A DNA stretch of 64,000 bases from Octopus bimaculoides (lineage: Eukaryota): assembly GCF_001194135.2 (NCBI RefSeq), contig NC_068984.1, positions 58,090,824-58,154,823 of the forward strand. Direction: 5' to 3'. The notes under the pieces were generated by a model. It worked only from the letters and a program-made list of their open reading frames with translations, did not search any database and was not told the origin of the DNA. Position numbers and translations under genes: made by a program. Positions 38,801-53,800 of this stretch are shown here, piece after piece; the first letter of the stretch is position 1; each line of letters opens with the position of its first letter.

Positions 38801-41800
38801 CTATTGCCCAGTCATTTATTCCTATATGTGTAGCACATCTAAACTGCTTGATCAGTTACCTTGAAATTAATTTGTCTTTAGAATGTCATGTGTGATGGTA
38901 GAATCTTTTATGAAGATATTTGTTAAGCTGTTGATGTTGTAATATAACGTTTAAAAACGTTTTGTCAGGTTTACAAAGTTTACTTTAGTGTATGAAATGG
39001 GTTTTTTTAATGTATTTTGTGCAGATGTGATGATGGAAAGGGAGATAATATTGGTACTTCCTGATTTTATTTTTGTTGTCATTATTGTATCTGTATTTAA
39101 GGTGGCAAGCTGGCAGAATTGTTAGCACACTGGACGAAAAGCTTAGTGGCATTTCGTCTGTCTTTACATTCTGAGTTCAAATTCCGCTGATGTTGACTTT
39201 GCCTTTCATCCTTTCGGGGTCAATAGAATAAGTACCAGTGGAACACTGAGGTTGATTTGATTGACTTAGCCCCTCCCCCAAACCTGCTGGCCTTGTGCCA
39301 AAATTTGAAGCCATTATTATGTCTGTATTTAAGGTGGAGAAATGGCAGAATTGCTACTGCACTGGACGAAATGCTTAGCAGCATTTTTTCTGGCTTCACA
39401 TTCTGAGTTTATATACTGCTGAGATCAACTTTGCCTTTGAACCTCTCAGTTGAGTCCTGTGGTTGATGTAATTGACTAGGCTTCGAACAAAAGTTCAGGC
39501 CTTGTACCTATAAGTAGAGAGTTTATATCTGTGTTGTATTTCTATGGAGTATTTCTAAATGATGTGTTTTGATTTTATTTTTGATTTATGTTTTTAGAAA
39601 ATAACTTTTTAGAGATTTTCGAGTTTGTTTCATGCTGAGCCATTGCTTCTATTGCTTTTTGATATCATTTATGCATCTTGAGGCAAAATAATTGTGTGTG
39701 ACAAATTTGCATCATTTGACTGGTATTCAATCTCTGAATACTCTCACCTTCTCCATTTTTTGCCTCCTTGGCATACTCAAGATTACTTTACACCATTTTG
39801 AGCATGGCTGTTGCCAGTACCGCCTGACTGGCCTTCGTGCCGGTGGCACGTAAAAGCATCCACTACACTCTCGGAGTGGTTGGCGTTAGGAAGGGCATCC
39901 AGCTGTAGAAACTCTGCCAAATCAGATTGGAGCCTGGTGTAGCCATCTGGTTTCACCAGTCCTCAGTCAAATCGTCCAACCCATGCTAGCATGGAAAGCG
40001 GATGTTAAACGATGATGATGAGTATATTTATTGATCTTTAAGAAAGTAGGGAATTATTTGAGAAATAGTTGGCTGTTAATTAAAACCAGTTGAGTGATTT
40101 TGTAGAGGCTTCTTTGCTGCTTGACTCTTCATTAAACTTGATGCGTAATTTTCTTCACCTGCATTCATAGACTTTCTTACTTTTTGATTTTTTCTTTTTC
40201 TTTTTAACGTGTTTCAGTCATTAGACCATGGCCATGCTGGGGCACCATCTTTGAAGAATTCTTAGTAGAATGTATCAACCCCAGTACTTATTTTTTAAAA
40301 TCCTGGTACTTATTCTATCACTGGCTCTTTTACTGAACCACTATGTTACAAGTACATAAACACACCAACACTGGTTGTCCAACAGTGGTGGGGTATAAAC
40401 ATAGACACACAGGCACACACACACATGATGGGCTCCTTTCAGTTTCCATCTTCCAAATCCACTCACAGGGCTTTGGTTGGCCCAAGGCTATAATAGAAGA
40501 CACTTGCCCAAGGTGCTACATAGTGGGGTTGAACCGGAACCATGTTGTTGGGAAACAAGCTTCTTACCACACCTCTTTTTATATAGAAACAATTTAAAAA
40601 ATTCCTATAATCTTTCAGTAATATGTATTCTTGTATAATATAATATATAAAGTATATGTAAGTGTTTTAAAATGCATACTTTATTATATTTAAAGGAAGA
40701 AGAAGATGAAGAACAAATTCTGTGGAGAGAAATTACAATGGAGAGAATAATGCGAAGTATGGATGCTTCTTTAGCAGCTCTGTATATTATTACTGCCCCA
40801 GATATGCCAAAACAAGTGTATTTGGAAGATGTGATAGAAAGGATAATCTTGTTTGCGAAATGGCAGCTGCAGAATACAGTCTATCCAGAGTTTGATCATG
40901 TTTATAAGATAGATCCTCATGCTAAAGGTAAGGACACTTTGTTTTGTGTCAAGAATTTTATGTGAAAGTTTTTTCTTTTATTTGTTTCAGCTTTGCAGTT
41001 GCAGTCATGCTGGAGCACCATTGTATCTTTCTGAAACCCTTGTTATAAAATTGCTTAAATAATAGTATCTTGATTTCTAAAATCAACTTTGTGCTTCATA
41101 AATAGAAGTTGTAGCATAATTTCAGCTTTTGATGACATGATTATCATTGTTTTAATATCCATTTTCCATGCTTGCATGGGTGGGATGGAATTTGCTGAGG
41201 CAGTTTTTCTGTTGCCAGATACTCTTCCTTTCACCAGGAAGTTGACCATGGTTAAATTAAACAGTTTGGTATTCTAAATTCGTATTAAGGTTATACAATG
41301 TATGTAATGAAAGTAGCAAAACTAAACTGTTCATTTATGAACCAAGTTAGTATTGAAAGTTTGGTTGGAATTATTATTATATAATCTAATACACTTTTGT
41401 TTAATCCTTTAGCATTCAAATTACTCCATCAATTGTAATACTTGTTTATCCACATGGCTTTGAATTAATCATGCAACACCTCATGGCTTTGAGATTTTGC
41501 TGATGTGATTGTTTTATCTTTAAAACATCATTTTAGAGTAGGTGTGAGAAGCCAGATTGAGTCGGTTTGAACATAAAGCAGGCTGAATGTTTGAGATGGA
41601 TATGGCCAGTTTAAATGTTAAAGGATTAAGCCAACTTTTATTCTACTAATAAAATTTTTTTCTTGGTTTTTCTCTCATTGTATTTATCTGAATATTAAAA
41701 AAAAAAAAAAAAAAAAAAAAGAAAAACGTCAGTGTTATATTTGATTTTTTATGGTTTAATTTAGATGGTTATCATGGCAGTGTGAAAGCCAAGAGATCCC

Positions 41801-44800
41801 GGTCACATATAGTTAAAAATAAATTAACTATCATGCTCTATAATAAACTGTGTGAGCTAGTTGAGGCCTTAGGTGTGTTATTAAGTATCCAAGAACTTAC
41901 TGACACTGTTGTCCTACAGGTAAGTTAGAATCTGTAAAAAATTAAAGTTTATAAAATGAATAAATTTGATTATCCTATCTATAAGAATTGCATGAACTCT
42001 TTGGTATTTAAAGAAAACTATTAATATAAATGTCCTTTTGGACTATGTGATTATATATATACTTTCTTTTCTCTTCATAAATTTATCAAATCTGAAATGA
42101 ATTTCAGTAAATATTTAAAAAATTTCAAGTATGTTATTTTAGATGCGTAAAAAAAATTAATGAGGTTGTGGCTATCTTTATTCTGGAAGAAATTGTTTCC
42201 ATTACATCTTATATTATCAATTTAAAGAAAACTGTAGTTTATCACCTTTTGAAATATAATCATCTGTTTTAAAAATTATATTAACTCACTTGTCTTGTAT
42301 GTAACTATGAGAAATAAAGCCAGTATCTTTGAGTGGATATAATTTTATTTGAATTTATACATTCAGTTAACTAATGTCACAAATGTACTTCATCTTTTTT
42401 TGTTTTTTAATAATGTTTTGATTTTTGGTTATAATTCCATTTCATCTTTTTCAGGTTTCTACGTTAGGTGTGTCACCATTTTTTGTGGAAAATATAAGTG
42501 AAATGCAATTAAATGCCATGAAGTTAGTCACTATTGTAAGTAATACAATATGTTTCATTTGATTGCTGCTATTGCAGCCACCACTGCTGTCATCATTATC
42601 ATTGATGCAGTGTGCTATATAGATTTATTGTACTTATCTAAATTCATTCAATAGTGGTATAATGGTTCTTTTTTCATATAACTAATTCTCATATCCTCTT
42701 TTTTTTTATTGTCTAACATATTACCATTATGCCACAAAGCAATGCACATCATTATTATCACAACAACTACTTTTCCATGTTTGTTTGGGTTGGACAGAGT
42801 TTATTGAAGCAGATTTTCTATAGCTAAACACCCTGTCACCAACTCTAATCTCAGTCCACACAAGTTAATAGTTCTCCATGGCTGGATGTGTTTCCATAGA
42901 ATATTAGAAATGAATGACACTCATTTGCAACTATTGAGTGATGTTAAAACAAGGGGACACATCCTCACGCCCAGTTATTTCGGTTTCCATCTATCAGATC
43001 CACTTACAAAGTATTGGTCAACCCCGAGTATGGTAAAAGACATTTGCCTAAGGTGCCATGCTGTGGGACTGAACTCAAACCTGTGTGGTCAGGAAGTAAA
43101 CTTCTTAACAGCAAGACCACAACTGTTTCTTACATAGATATGAAAGCCTAGAATGTTAATAGGAACAGATATAAATTGATTTGTTAAAAACTTACGGCCA
43201 CAGTGTAGCATTAGGCACTTGGAAAGCAGATTGTTATATAATTCCAGGTCAGTTGCTGACCAAAGATATTTTTGACATGACAACTCTATCGTTTATTCAG
43301 ACATAATGTAACTAGTATTAAATGATATAAGTGATTTTGTTTTTTTAAAAAAAGGAGGGTATGGTTTTATTTCTAGCATGCTACTACAAGCCTTCTGGTT
43401 GAGAAACCAAAAAAGTTTCCTATATGGAACCATTGTCTTTTCAAATCCCATTAGATTTCTTTATTCCACTGAGTAACTAGTTGTAATGTCAAAGTGAATG
43501 CAAACATTGTATCACTGTTTTTGCTCAAGCAGTGACAAGCAAAGATGTAGAATGTCAGTATTTGCACTTACATGCACACATTTGACAAGCTTCCATACTG
43601 TTTTATCTTACCAGTTCCACTCACAAAGAATTGGTTAGTCTAAGGTTATGGTGGAAGAGACTTGCTCGGGGTGTCATGCTAAGAGACAAAATTCAAAACC
43701 ATGTAGTTACAAGGAGAACTCCATATCCACACAGACATTCCTGTGTCTTTTTCCATAAATGAGTTTGTTAAAGAAATGACAGGAAAACTGACATCAAATC
43801 ACATGAGATGATGGGACATTGAATAAGGAGAAAGCAGACAAGATAATGAAAAAGCATAAGAAAGCAAATCCAACTATTTAGATCAGTAGCCAGCAACATT
43901 TAAATCTCACCAAATATGCACTAGACACTTTTTTAGCTGAAAATAATTCAATATTATCCTTCATCCCTACAATATACATCAGTAAGCTTGTTCTCTATTA
44001 ATTAAAAGAAAAGTAATGCCATCACATCCTTAGGAAGACTGATTTGTTGAAAAGTTTTCAGTAAAATCCTATCTGTTCCCTACTTTTATTTATCTGTTAC
44101 ATTCAACATCTTCAACGACATCATACTGTAACCCATTCAATCAAACCTTATATAAATAAATTAGAATCTTGTTTCCATTAAAACAAGTTAATAGCTATAA
44201 GGAATAAATTCACTAAGGAATATCAACTCATACTATAAATTACACTCAACAATGTCTTCTTAATCCACATACAATTTCAACATTCTATTATATAAAATAC
44301 ATTTTTATGTGGTTCACATTTTGATATACTTCTCAAATTAATTGTTTTCTAATCTAAACTACACTTAATGAGTTATTGCATTATCTTTCATCTATGGTTC
44401 AGACATTCACAGACTTTACCAGCTAGTTCTGAATCTTACCTATTGTATTCAAATCATTAGGATTAACTTTGACTCATATCTCTCTGTGAGTGGTGAAATA
44501 AAAGCAAATATGATACCTATACTTCTTATGCTTTCAAAAATAGAAAATCTTCATCATTTGTACAGAAAAATACTAAGATGAAAAATTTGTATTAAATGAT
44601 TGTTTTAACATTTTTGTATCTTTTCAAATACTACAAATATTATCTCAATACTTAACATATATTTTTCAGATTTTTTCAAAATATGACAAACACAGGCAGC
44701 TTATTCTTGAAGATATTTTTGCTTCTCTTGCTCGTTTACCATCTAGCAAACGAAATCTTCGGAATTACAGGTTATTCTTTTTTTTTTTTTGAATATTTTA

Positions 44801-47800
44801 TTATGAAATTAAATTTTAATCGTTTTGAAGTATATATCTTAATTGTACTTAAAATGTTTTTACATAACTTTATAACATTTCATTAATAATGGAATGCATA
44901 TTCCAAATATGAGTTAGTAGATAGGAGTCTATGAACAGCTTTGCTTAATATCTGAAGTTAACCTTTTGTAGGTAGAGTGTTTCAATGTGAGATGAGTTCT
45001 ATAAGAAAGTCCAAGAAGTGAGGCTAAACATTCATTAAGAATTACAATAATGAACTGATAAACTATTTTGCACTTGTTTTGAGTCTGTGAAGCTTTTGTT
45101 AAGATTCTTCATTGACATGTATTTTATCTTTCTAACTTTTCTTTTTGTTTCCAGGTTAAATGCAGAAGAATCAATTCAAATGGTAACTGCCCTTGCTTTA
45201 CAGTTGATCCAGTGTGTTGTAAAAGTTCCCAAACCAAAAATAGCAATGAATCAATTTATGGGGGAGGAAAAAGCTCCGGAAAAAAATTCTAAAGGAAAGG
45301 TATGTGAAAGGTTTTACAAATAAAAAACTAAAATAAAAATTTTAAATAGGGCTTACAAAATTTTTCTTTTAAAATATATCAGCAATTATTACTAAAATTA
45401 AGGAACTTGGTTATTATTTTATAATGTTTGTTAGAAAGTGCTGTTTAATTTCTCTAAGCATGAATTTTATTCCTTTTGAAAATACAATCTTCAAACAAGA
45501 GAACCAGGAACCAGCAATAGAAACAAAAACTCCGAACACTGTCACCATCATTAGTAGTATGCCTGTTCTACTACAGGTTGGATTTATTTTAGTGTAGCTT
45601 ACATTTTTCTTTCTTTTTCTGAGAGTATGTTCCTTGCTTAGTTTCACATCTTAATCTTTCTTTGTCCCGGTTACAATTAAAAACCCACTTTCAGAACTTT
45701 CTATAAATTGCACATTACCCTTTTGTCATATGTTCAAATAGTTATCACCACTACTTTGCTCTAACTTTCGTTTCTTTACCATGTGTGTGTGTTTTGCTTT
45801 CAAGTTGTTCAATAAGCTTGCCTTCTATTTTAGGCACTTGTAGAATCATGTCTTAACGTATTTTAGTATTCTACCATTTCAATATTATTTGTGGTTAGGG
45901 TGTTGGGCTTGCAATAAATAAGTCCTGGATGTTTCATTGTGTCAAGAATGAGAAGGTATTTATATCTGCTTGTGATTACATGGGCATGGAAAATAATTAG
46001 TGAAAACTTTTACCTTTGATTCTGAGTGATAGTCATTGGGGTAGATGAGGTACTAGATATACTATGCCTGGAAGAGAGGGAAAAAAAATTGAACAAATTT
46101 ATCTTTTTTGTTTTAATACTGGTATTTCTATTTCAGACTGATAATGATGTGTTAATTGTAACATCTTATGAAACTGCAATGCGGACTGGATATAACTTTT
46201 TATCAGTTTTTTTAAAAAAGTATGTAACAATATCTTTTCTACATTTCTAGATGTAATTTCACAGTAAAGCATGCATATTAAATTAATAGGAATTTGTAAA
46301 CTTCTTTTATTAACTAAATCATTATTAAATAATATGATCAGGTAGGGTAGAACACCATAGAAGGGAATAAATAGCTTAATTACTAAAACCACGATGAAGC
46401 ATATATACCTTATTATCATCAATAGAAAAGAGAAGATTAAATAGAAATTGTTTATTAATTCAATCATTTAAAACTAAATTATTTAGTTTTTCATAATAGC
46501 TTTTATGGAATTAAACTTAATTTTTTTTACTCCTTGATATTTATATTAGCTTATATATAACAGCACTGGTAGCTTTACAAGTTATAATATACCTCTTAGA
46601 TTAAGTAATAATTCTCTCAAGAATTAAGTAAAAGAAACAGGAAAAATAATTCAGAATCCTTGTCCAGAACTGGATAGATCCCAAAATGTAATCAGTTNNN
46701 NNNNNNNNNNNNNNNNNNNNNNNNNNNNNNNNNNNNNNNNNNNNNNNNNNNNNNNNNNNNNNNNNNNNNNNNNNNNNNNNNNNNNNNNNNNNNNNNNNNN
46801 NNNNNNNNNNNNNNNNNNNNNNNNNNNNNNNNNNNNNNNNNNNNNNNNNNNNNNNNNNNNNNNNNNNNNNNNNNNNNNNNNNNNNNNNNNNNNNNNNNNN
46901 NNNNNNNNNNNNNNNNNNNNNNNNNNNNNNNNNNNNNNNNNNNNNNNNNNNNNNNNNNNNNNNNNNNNNNNNNNNNNNNNNNNNNNNNNNNNNNNNNNNN
47001 NNNNNNNNNNNNNNNNNNNNNNNNNNNNNNNNNNNNNNNNNNNNNNNNNNNNNNNNNNNNNNNNNNNNNNNNNNNNNNNNNNNNNNNNNNNNNNNNNNNN
47101 NNNNNNNNNNNNNNNNNNNNNNNNNNNNNNNNNNNNNNNNNNNNNNNNNNNNNNNNNNNNNNNNNNNNNNNNNNNNNAATTGATGTAGTAAACCAAGAAA
47201 TTTTAATTAAAATTATGTCATTGCATTTACTATCTGACTTATTCTAATAAAATATAAAAAAAAAGCTGGAGTGTCAGGCCAAAATTTTAATTAAAAAAAA
47301 ATAAATATGCAGTCCTGTAAGGAGTTAGATCGTTATCAATACATTACTATAAAGAGTATTTTCTTGATGTAAATGTATGCGAATAGTCATTTATATGTGT
47401 GTGAAAAAAACAATTTATTTCTTAGTTTTTTTTTTTTAATATAAATGTTTATCAAAATGTATTGAGCTGCTTCAGTGCAAAATTGATGAAAATTGGTTTT
47501 TATTGAGACTATTGGAAATTTATCATTTTCATTTGTAGAATAATCTACTCTTTAAGTAGTTTGATTTTAAACTTTTATCTCCCATTGTTAAGGTGATTCA
47601 TATTTAGAATGTTTGTCGATAAACTATATATTTAAAAATCTAAAATATATTAAATTTTATTTTGTTTTGTTTCTTTAGGTGTACTGCAAAAAGTGAAGAT
47701 GATTTTCGTCCACTTTTTGAAAATTTTGTCCAGGATTTACTTTCAACAGTGAATAAACCTGAATGGCCTGCATCAGAACTTTTATTGAGTCTCTTAGGGC

Positions 47801-50800
47801 GAATCCTTGTAAGTTTTGAGTTATTTAAGAATTGTTTTTACTTTTGCATTGTCAATATTGCTAAGTATTGATTACTTTTCTTGAACTGGTGTTCTGCTTC
47901 AGAAATATTTATGTTCTTAGAAAATTGAATTGAATCATATATTCTGTTATCTTAGAGTAAACATGGTTTAGAATAATAGCTTTGTAGTTTAGTAATTTAG
48001 TATGACTCACTAATACACACAAACCTAAATTGGTTTGAGAAAAGTATAAATGTATGGATGCATGTTTTTGTGTTTAATGTGTAATTTATCTCTCTCTGTC
48101 TCTCTTTTAACTTACAAGATGATTAAGAATTGGTCATCAGACATTTTATGGGTTTTATTAAATGTGATTGGATGTTAGTCTTTGGGAAAAGAAATGTAAA
48201 CTAGAAGCAGATAATATCCAGAGTTGAACTTACTTTGAAAAAAGTTGATGTAATTAAAAAAAAAATTGTTGATAGAAGATAGAAGAAAGCGATTTTTATT
48301 ACTCATCAAACTTTGAAATGTTTGATGCTGTTTTTTTAAAACGATTTGAGTTGCATTAGAAGGCTATTTGGTGTCTGTGTATCAGTACATCTCTACAGGC
48401 TTAAATCGCACATATCTACATACTTAGACAGCAGAAAGCTAGGTTTATGTTTTTGGAAAAGTATATTATAGTTGAGTTACAGAAGGATATAGTTATTTGT
48501 TAATTTGTCGTAAGTCAATAGAATTATTACTCATATTGGTTAAAACCTTTTAGTGTATATGTTCAGTAGATATAATACAGACTAAGACACTGAGACATTT
48601 CAGATCATTACAATACATTGTGTATTTATCTGAATATATCACTTATTTAACATTTTAAAAATATTTTTATATTTATAAGGAGTTAAAAAACTTTATTTTT
48701 GTTATTCCATTATAATTTTTAAAAATTACTTATAATATTTTTATTATATCTTTTTCTTATAAAGAAAAGATATAATTTGATGTCTTGTTCTTTTCTCCAG
48801 TTTTGGTTTTCAATGAATTGGTAAAGTAATTAGGTATGAGCTGCTTTTTATTTCAAGATAAGTTATCATTAACTCAGGAACTTCATGTTTAGTTCAATAA
48901 TTCATACAAAATATACCTTCTGAATGAACTTGTATTTTTAGTTAAATGTGTATACATTTAAATGTTTGTTGTATTAGAAGGATTAGAATGTTACTCTGGT
49001 CTTAAATAATTTTTAAATGTAGGATGGGACCTGAATTAGCAATATGTAATATTTAGTTTAGCTGTTAAAAAAGTATAGAAAATTAGTTATTATATTCTTG
49101 TTGTGATGATGAATAATTCTCCTATATTTAAATCATCGATCCTAAATGTTGCAGCTCATTATAAAATGTTTAAAGTAAAATAATTACATATACATTTACA
49201 TTTTTTTTAAAATATGGGCTTATTAGTGACAGATGGGCAGTGCCTATACTTCTTTAAACACTCCCAAACTGGCAAGATAGATGCTCATTTGAAGTTTTTA
49301 TTGTTCAAGATCTGGTGGAAAAACATGAATGGAAAAGAAATTTTTAGAGAATAGCACTTCGGAGAAAGAAGAGTTGCAGAAAATGTAATAGTGGGGTTCC
49401 TGGGAAGTAAAACACATCCAAGACGACAAGTTGTGAAGGAACAAGTGGGCCAAGTATGTAGTTAGCTTGTCTAGCAAGCTAGTTGCATACTCTATGAATA
49501 TATTGTTTGAGATTATAAAGACATTCACAGGGCTGATTGTCTAATTGGGTTGGATCAACCAGTAGAGTTTTTACACTTGGTGACTGTGTGTATAGTTACC
49601 AAGATTGGTTGAATGAAAATGATAGTTTTGGAGTGAGTTTTATTGAGTGAATGTAGTATACAGGCAGGAAATGCAAAAGCTTTTTAATTGGGAGTTGAGA
49701 GAATTATCTTAAAACTGGTGGATAGGAAGATTCAGCTGGTAGATCCTCTTCACTTTGGGAGATGGGAGTCATTTGTAAGCTGTGAAATGTATGAAGATGT
49801 CTTTTGCTTTTCTGATGGTTATTTTGCAGGCATTGTTGTGGTGAGTTAAAGCACTCCAGTTCATCCGAGTGGATAGCTTCTTCCAGATGTTGTAGGCCTT
49901 GTTCTTCACCTGTACTTCTGCAACACATCTGCAGGTGAATCTCTTAGGGGAATTTGTTGTCAGGGGCTTTAGTTGTGTGAGGGATGTGGAGGTATATATG
50001 TAGGAGAATACTTTAAACAGGTGAAATATATTTTCTACTGGGGTAATCAGTATAAACTAGTAGAGCTCTGGCAAATTAGAAATACCAAAAAGTTAGCATT
50101 GTGTGATATGTTATCATAATGAAGTAGTTATCAGGAAATACAGTAGATGTGGATGATATGTAGGGAAGGACTGGTGTGGAGAGGTAGCAAAGAAGTCATT
50201 AGTGTTACGTGTCAGTCAGGGATAAAGACAGGTACAGACAAATTAGAGGAATGCAAAGGATAAGAGAAACTGTGAGCCATGGAGTCACAGAGGATGACTT
50301 GAGAGAAGTTCTTCATGTAAAATGCTATGTGCCTAAATAATTACTGGTGGTTGAAGGAATCATAGACACAGGAAATGTCTGCGGTTAGTTACATTTTAAG
50401 TTTTATAAGTAATGATTTGAAAATTTATTTTTTAACTCAGATTGCATATCCATCCACATTAGATAGTACATACTTGGGAATTGAAAAATATTATCACATT
50501 AAATTCTGTTAAATATTGTATCCTTATATATTATACATTATTTTTGTTATTAACATTCCAAACAGTGGAAGGAATCTGGGGTAGAGGGAGACCCAGAAAG
50601 ACATGGGATGAGGTGGTGAAGCATGACCATCGAATGTTGGGGCTCACAGAGGCAATGACAAAAGACCGAGACCTCTGGAGATATGTTGTGACCGAGAAGA
50701 CCCAGCAAATAAAGTGAGTTCACAGCTGTAACCTATGCCAGTGTTGCATAACCAGCCCACTCAAAAGTAGCTTGGATTGTAGGGCAACATGTCATGCTTG

Positions 50801-53800
50801 AGGAAACCTATCGAGTCAAGTACATCAAATCCAAAATCAAATGGAAATTGTAGTTGTGATCCCCATGCCCGTGGCACGTAAAAAGCAACATCCAAATGTG
50901 GCTGATGCCTGCACTGCTTTGACTGGCTTCCATGCCGGTGGCACGTAAAAAGTACCAACTGATCGTGGTCGTTGCCAGCCCCCTCTGGCCCCTGTGCTGG
51001 TGGTACGTAAAAAGCACCTACTACACTCTCAGAGTGGTTGGCATTAAAAAGGGCATCCAGCTGTAGAGACACTGCCAGATCAAACTGGAGCCTGGTGCAG
51101 CCTCCTGGCTTCCCAGACCCCAAAAGACATGATGCTCATAACAAGAAAATTAATTGGTAATAGTCCTTAACCCAATAAATTAATTTCAATAAAGCAATAT
51201 GACAATATCTACATAATTGCTTAGATTGTATCTGAATTGTATTGCATTTGATCAATAATAAGTTAGGCAGTTTGTGGGCTATTAAATAGTTAAGTTATTC
51301 CACTGCTATAGTTCTACACAACAATTATAACAGCATTTAATTATATGACCTATTGCATTTTTGTCTTCATTCTTGATGTTTTGATATACTATTTTAAGAA
51401 GGGTGAACGATAGCAGAGTCTGTTATAACACACTAGAAAATGCTGTGTGATGTTTAATTATCTCTTGTTAGGGTTGAATAAGCCTTTTATTCTTCAGTAA
51501 GATAAAATATCCAGAAGTCAAATACTAGAACTGATTTAATCAACTATACCGTCTCAGAAAGTTTGTGGCTTTGTGCCAAAGTTTGAAATGAATTATAACA
51601 ATATGATGCTTATTAGGTATTTAATAAATCATTACTAATCTCCATTTTATAAACTAACTGTTGCAATTTCTTATTTACTTGTGACCTGATTAACCTTACT
51701 TTTGGTAATAATAAATCCAGCAATTGTTTTTATATAACTTTTGCACTCATGGTGTTTTAGTTTCTGTGCTTTTCGTATTAAACTCTTAGCTAACCAAAAA
51801 TTTTCTTCTTACATCTTTCTTTGTTTATCTTTCAAAATCAGCATATGTTCTTTTTTTCACTACTTTGTGCTATGTTTATTAGATGGGCAGTTTAATTTGA
51901 TGTTGTTTTCAACACCAGGGGACAGAGTACCTTTCATTGGGGTGGATAATGATAGATCTGATAGTTTACAAGAATTTATTAAATAGGTTAGATGCTAGAG
52001 AAGTATACTTTTATTTTAACATTTTTGATTTAAAGTTTCATCTTTACTAAGATGCACTATAAAAAAAATTCCATCATTTAAAATTCTGTTTTAATGTTCG
52101 TATTTTGTTGTTGTTTTAATACTTTAAAAATCTTTCTGTTGAATGTATACAATGTGTTATTCATACTACATAAATAATACTACTGATTTATAATAATTCA
52201 GACTTTTTGAAAACATTTCTGTTAGAAAAAATAAATGATTTAAAGTTATGCTGGATACCTTTGAAAAACTACAAAATTATAAAATTTTCAATATACCAAA
52301 TACTTACATTTTCAGGATTTTAAGTAATTCTATTTTTTATGTTTAGGTGCAGCAATTTAGTAACAAATCCACAGACATGTCACTGCGAGTTGCTTCACTT
52401 GAATATCTTGGTATTGTTGCGGCAAGGTTACGTAGGGATGCAATATCAAGTCACATGGATCAGGAAACTGTAAATGATATTGTTGAGAAGGTAATTAATC
52501 AGGACATTTTTTGTATTTGGAATTTTTGATTTTTTCAATGAGATTTTTAAAATTTAACAATTAAATTTAAATTTGCTTGTATTCCATAATTGGAACGTCA
52601 TCTACATACAATAACTTAACCATATTTTGTAGTATACTCTGTTTTAACAATGATCAATGTATATTTTCTTTATATGCTGAATATACTGTATAAATATACT
52701 GAATAAACTGATCTCATTTAGAGTAAAAAATTTTATTGTATTTTATTTTTTTTCCTAGATGATGTTTTCAGGTCCGGACAGAAAAGATTCTTCATTAGTA
52801 AGTCATTTTCTTTGTTCTTGTATTATTTTTAAATTTAAGTGTTGTCATCAAAGGAAGTTATACAGTTGTTCTATTAATATAAAAACAAATCTTTATGGCA
52901 TTTCTACTTATATTGATTTATACATTTGGATTATAAACTTCCTGATGTTTTGAATAAACCATTATTATAATCCACAAATGTTAGGTCTAGATTGAATGTT
53001 GATTATTGTATATAATGTATGGGAGATGTCAATCTATTTCTGATTTAACTCTCTCCTTCATAGTTAGTTTATGAACTTCTCAGCCCACCTTTGTAATTTA
53101 AGATGGGAAATTATATACCAAACTTTTCAATTAATTTTTTTTAAAGTTGAAATTGCATAAAGACAAGAAAATTAAGAGATATTTTCCTCAACAAGATAGT
53201 TTTAACAAGTTCATAAAAAATTGTAATTTTATTTTTATGAAGAAAAGTTTCTGTTTATCAACAAGTGAAAATAATTTTTGTAATTGTTAAATAATATTGT
53301 TTTATACTATGTAACTACTTTTTCCAATCCATTTTGATAATTTATAAAAGAGTTTTTATGATGTTTTCAATATTTCTAAACATATATCTTAGTGAGTAGA
53401 CTTTTGTGTTTGCAGTTAAATTTTTTTGTAAATGTTTTATTAATTATGTTTTGAAAAATTATAATTTGGAAGGATTTCTCTTGACAATGCTGTTGTATTG
53501 TAGATGAATATGGATAAGGATTATAGGCAAACAGAAAGCCTACAGAGAGCATTATTAGATTATCTTGCTGAGCATGGACAGAGAGAACCAGCTTTATTGG
53601 TAAGATGTCTTAATTGTCAAGTGTTTATTATAATCAGATACAATTTCCTTTTGTTGAAACAGGTTCTTAAGTTTTAAAAATATTGACATACTAATTTTAC
53701 AATAAGCATAATGCCTCTTATGGATTGGAGGGAAATGTAATTGTGTGATGCTCATGTATTTCTCAAAAGCATTAACCATGTAAGTAAATTTTGGCTACAC

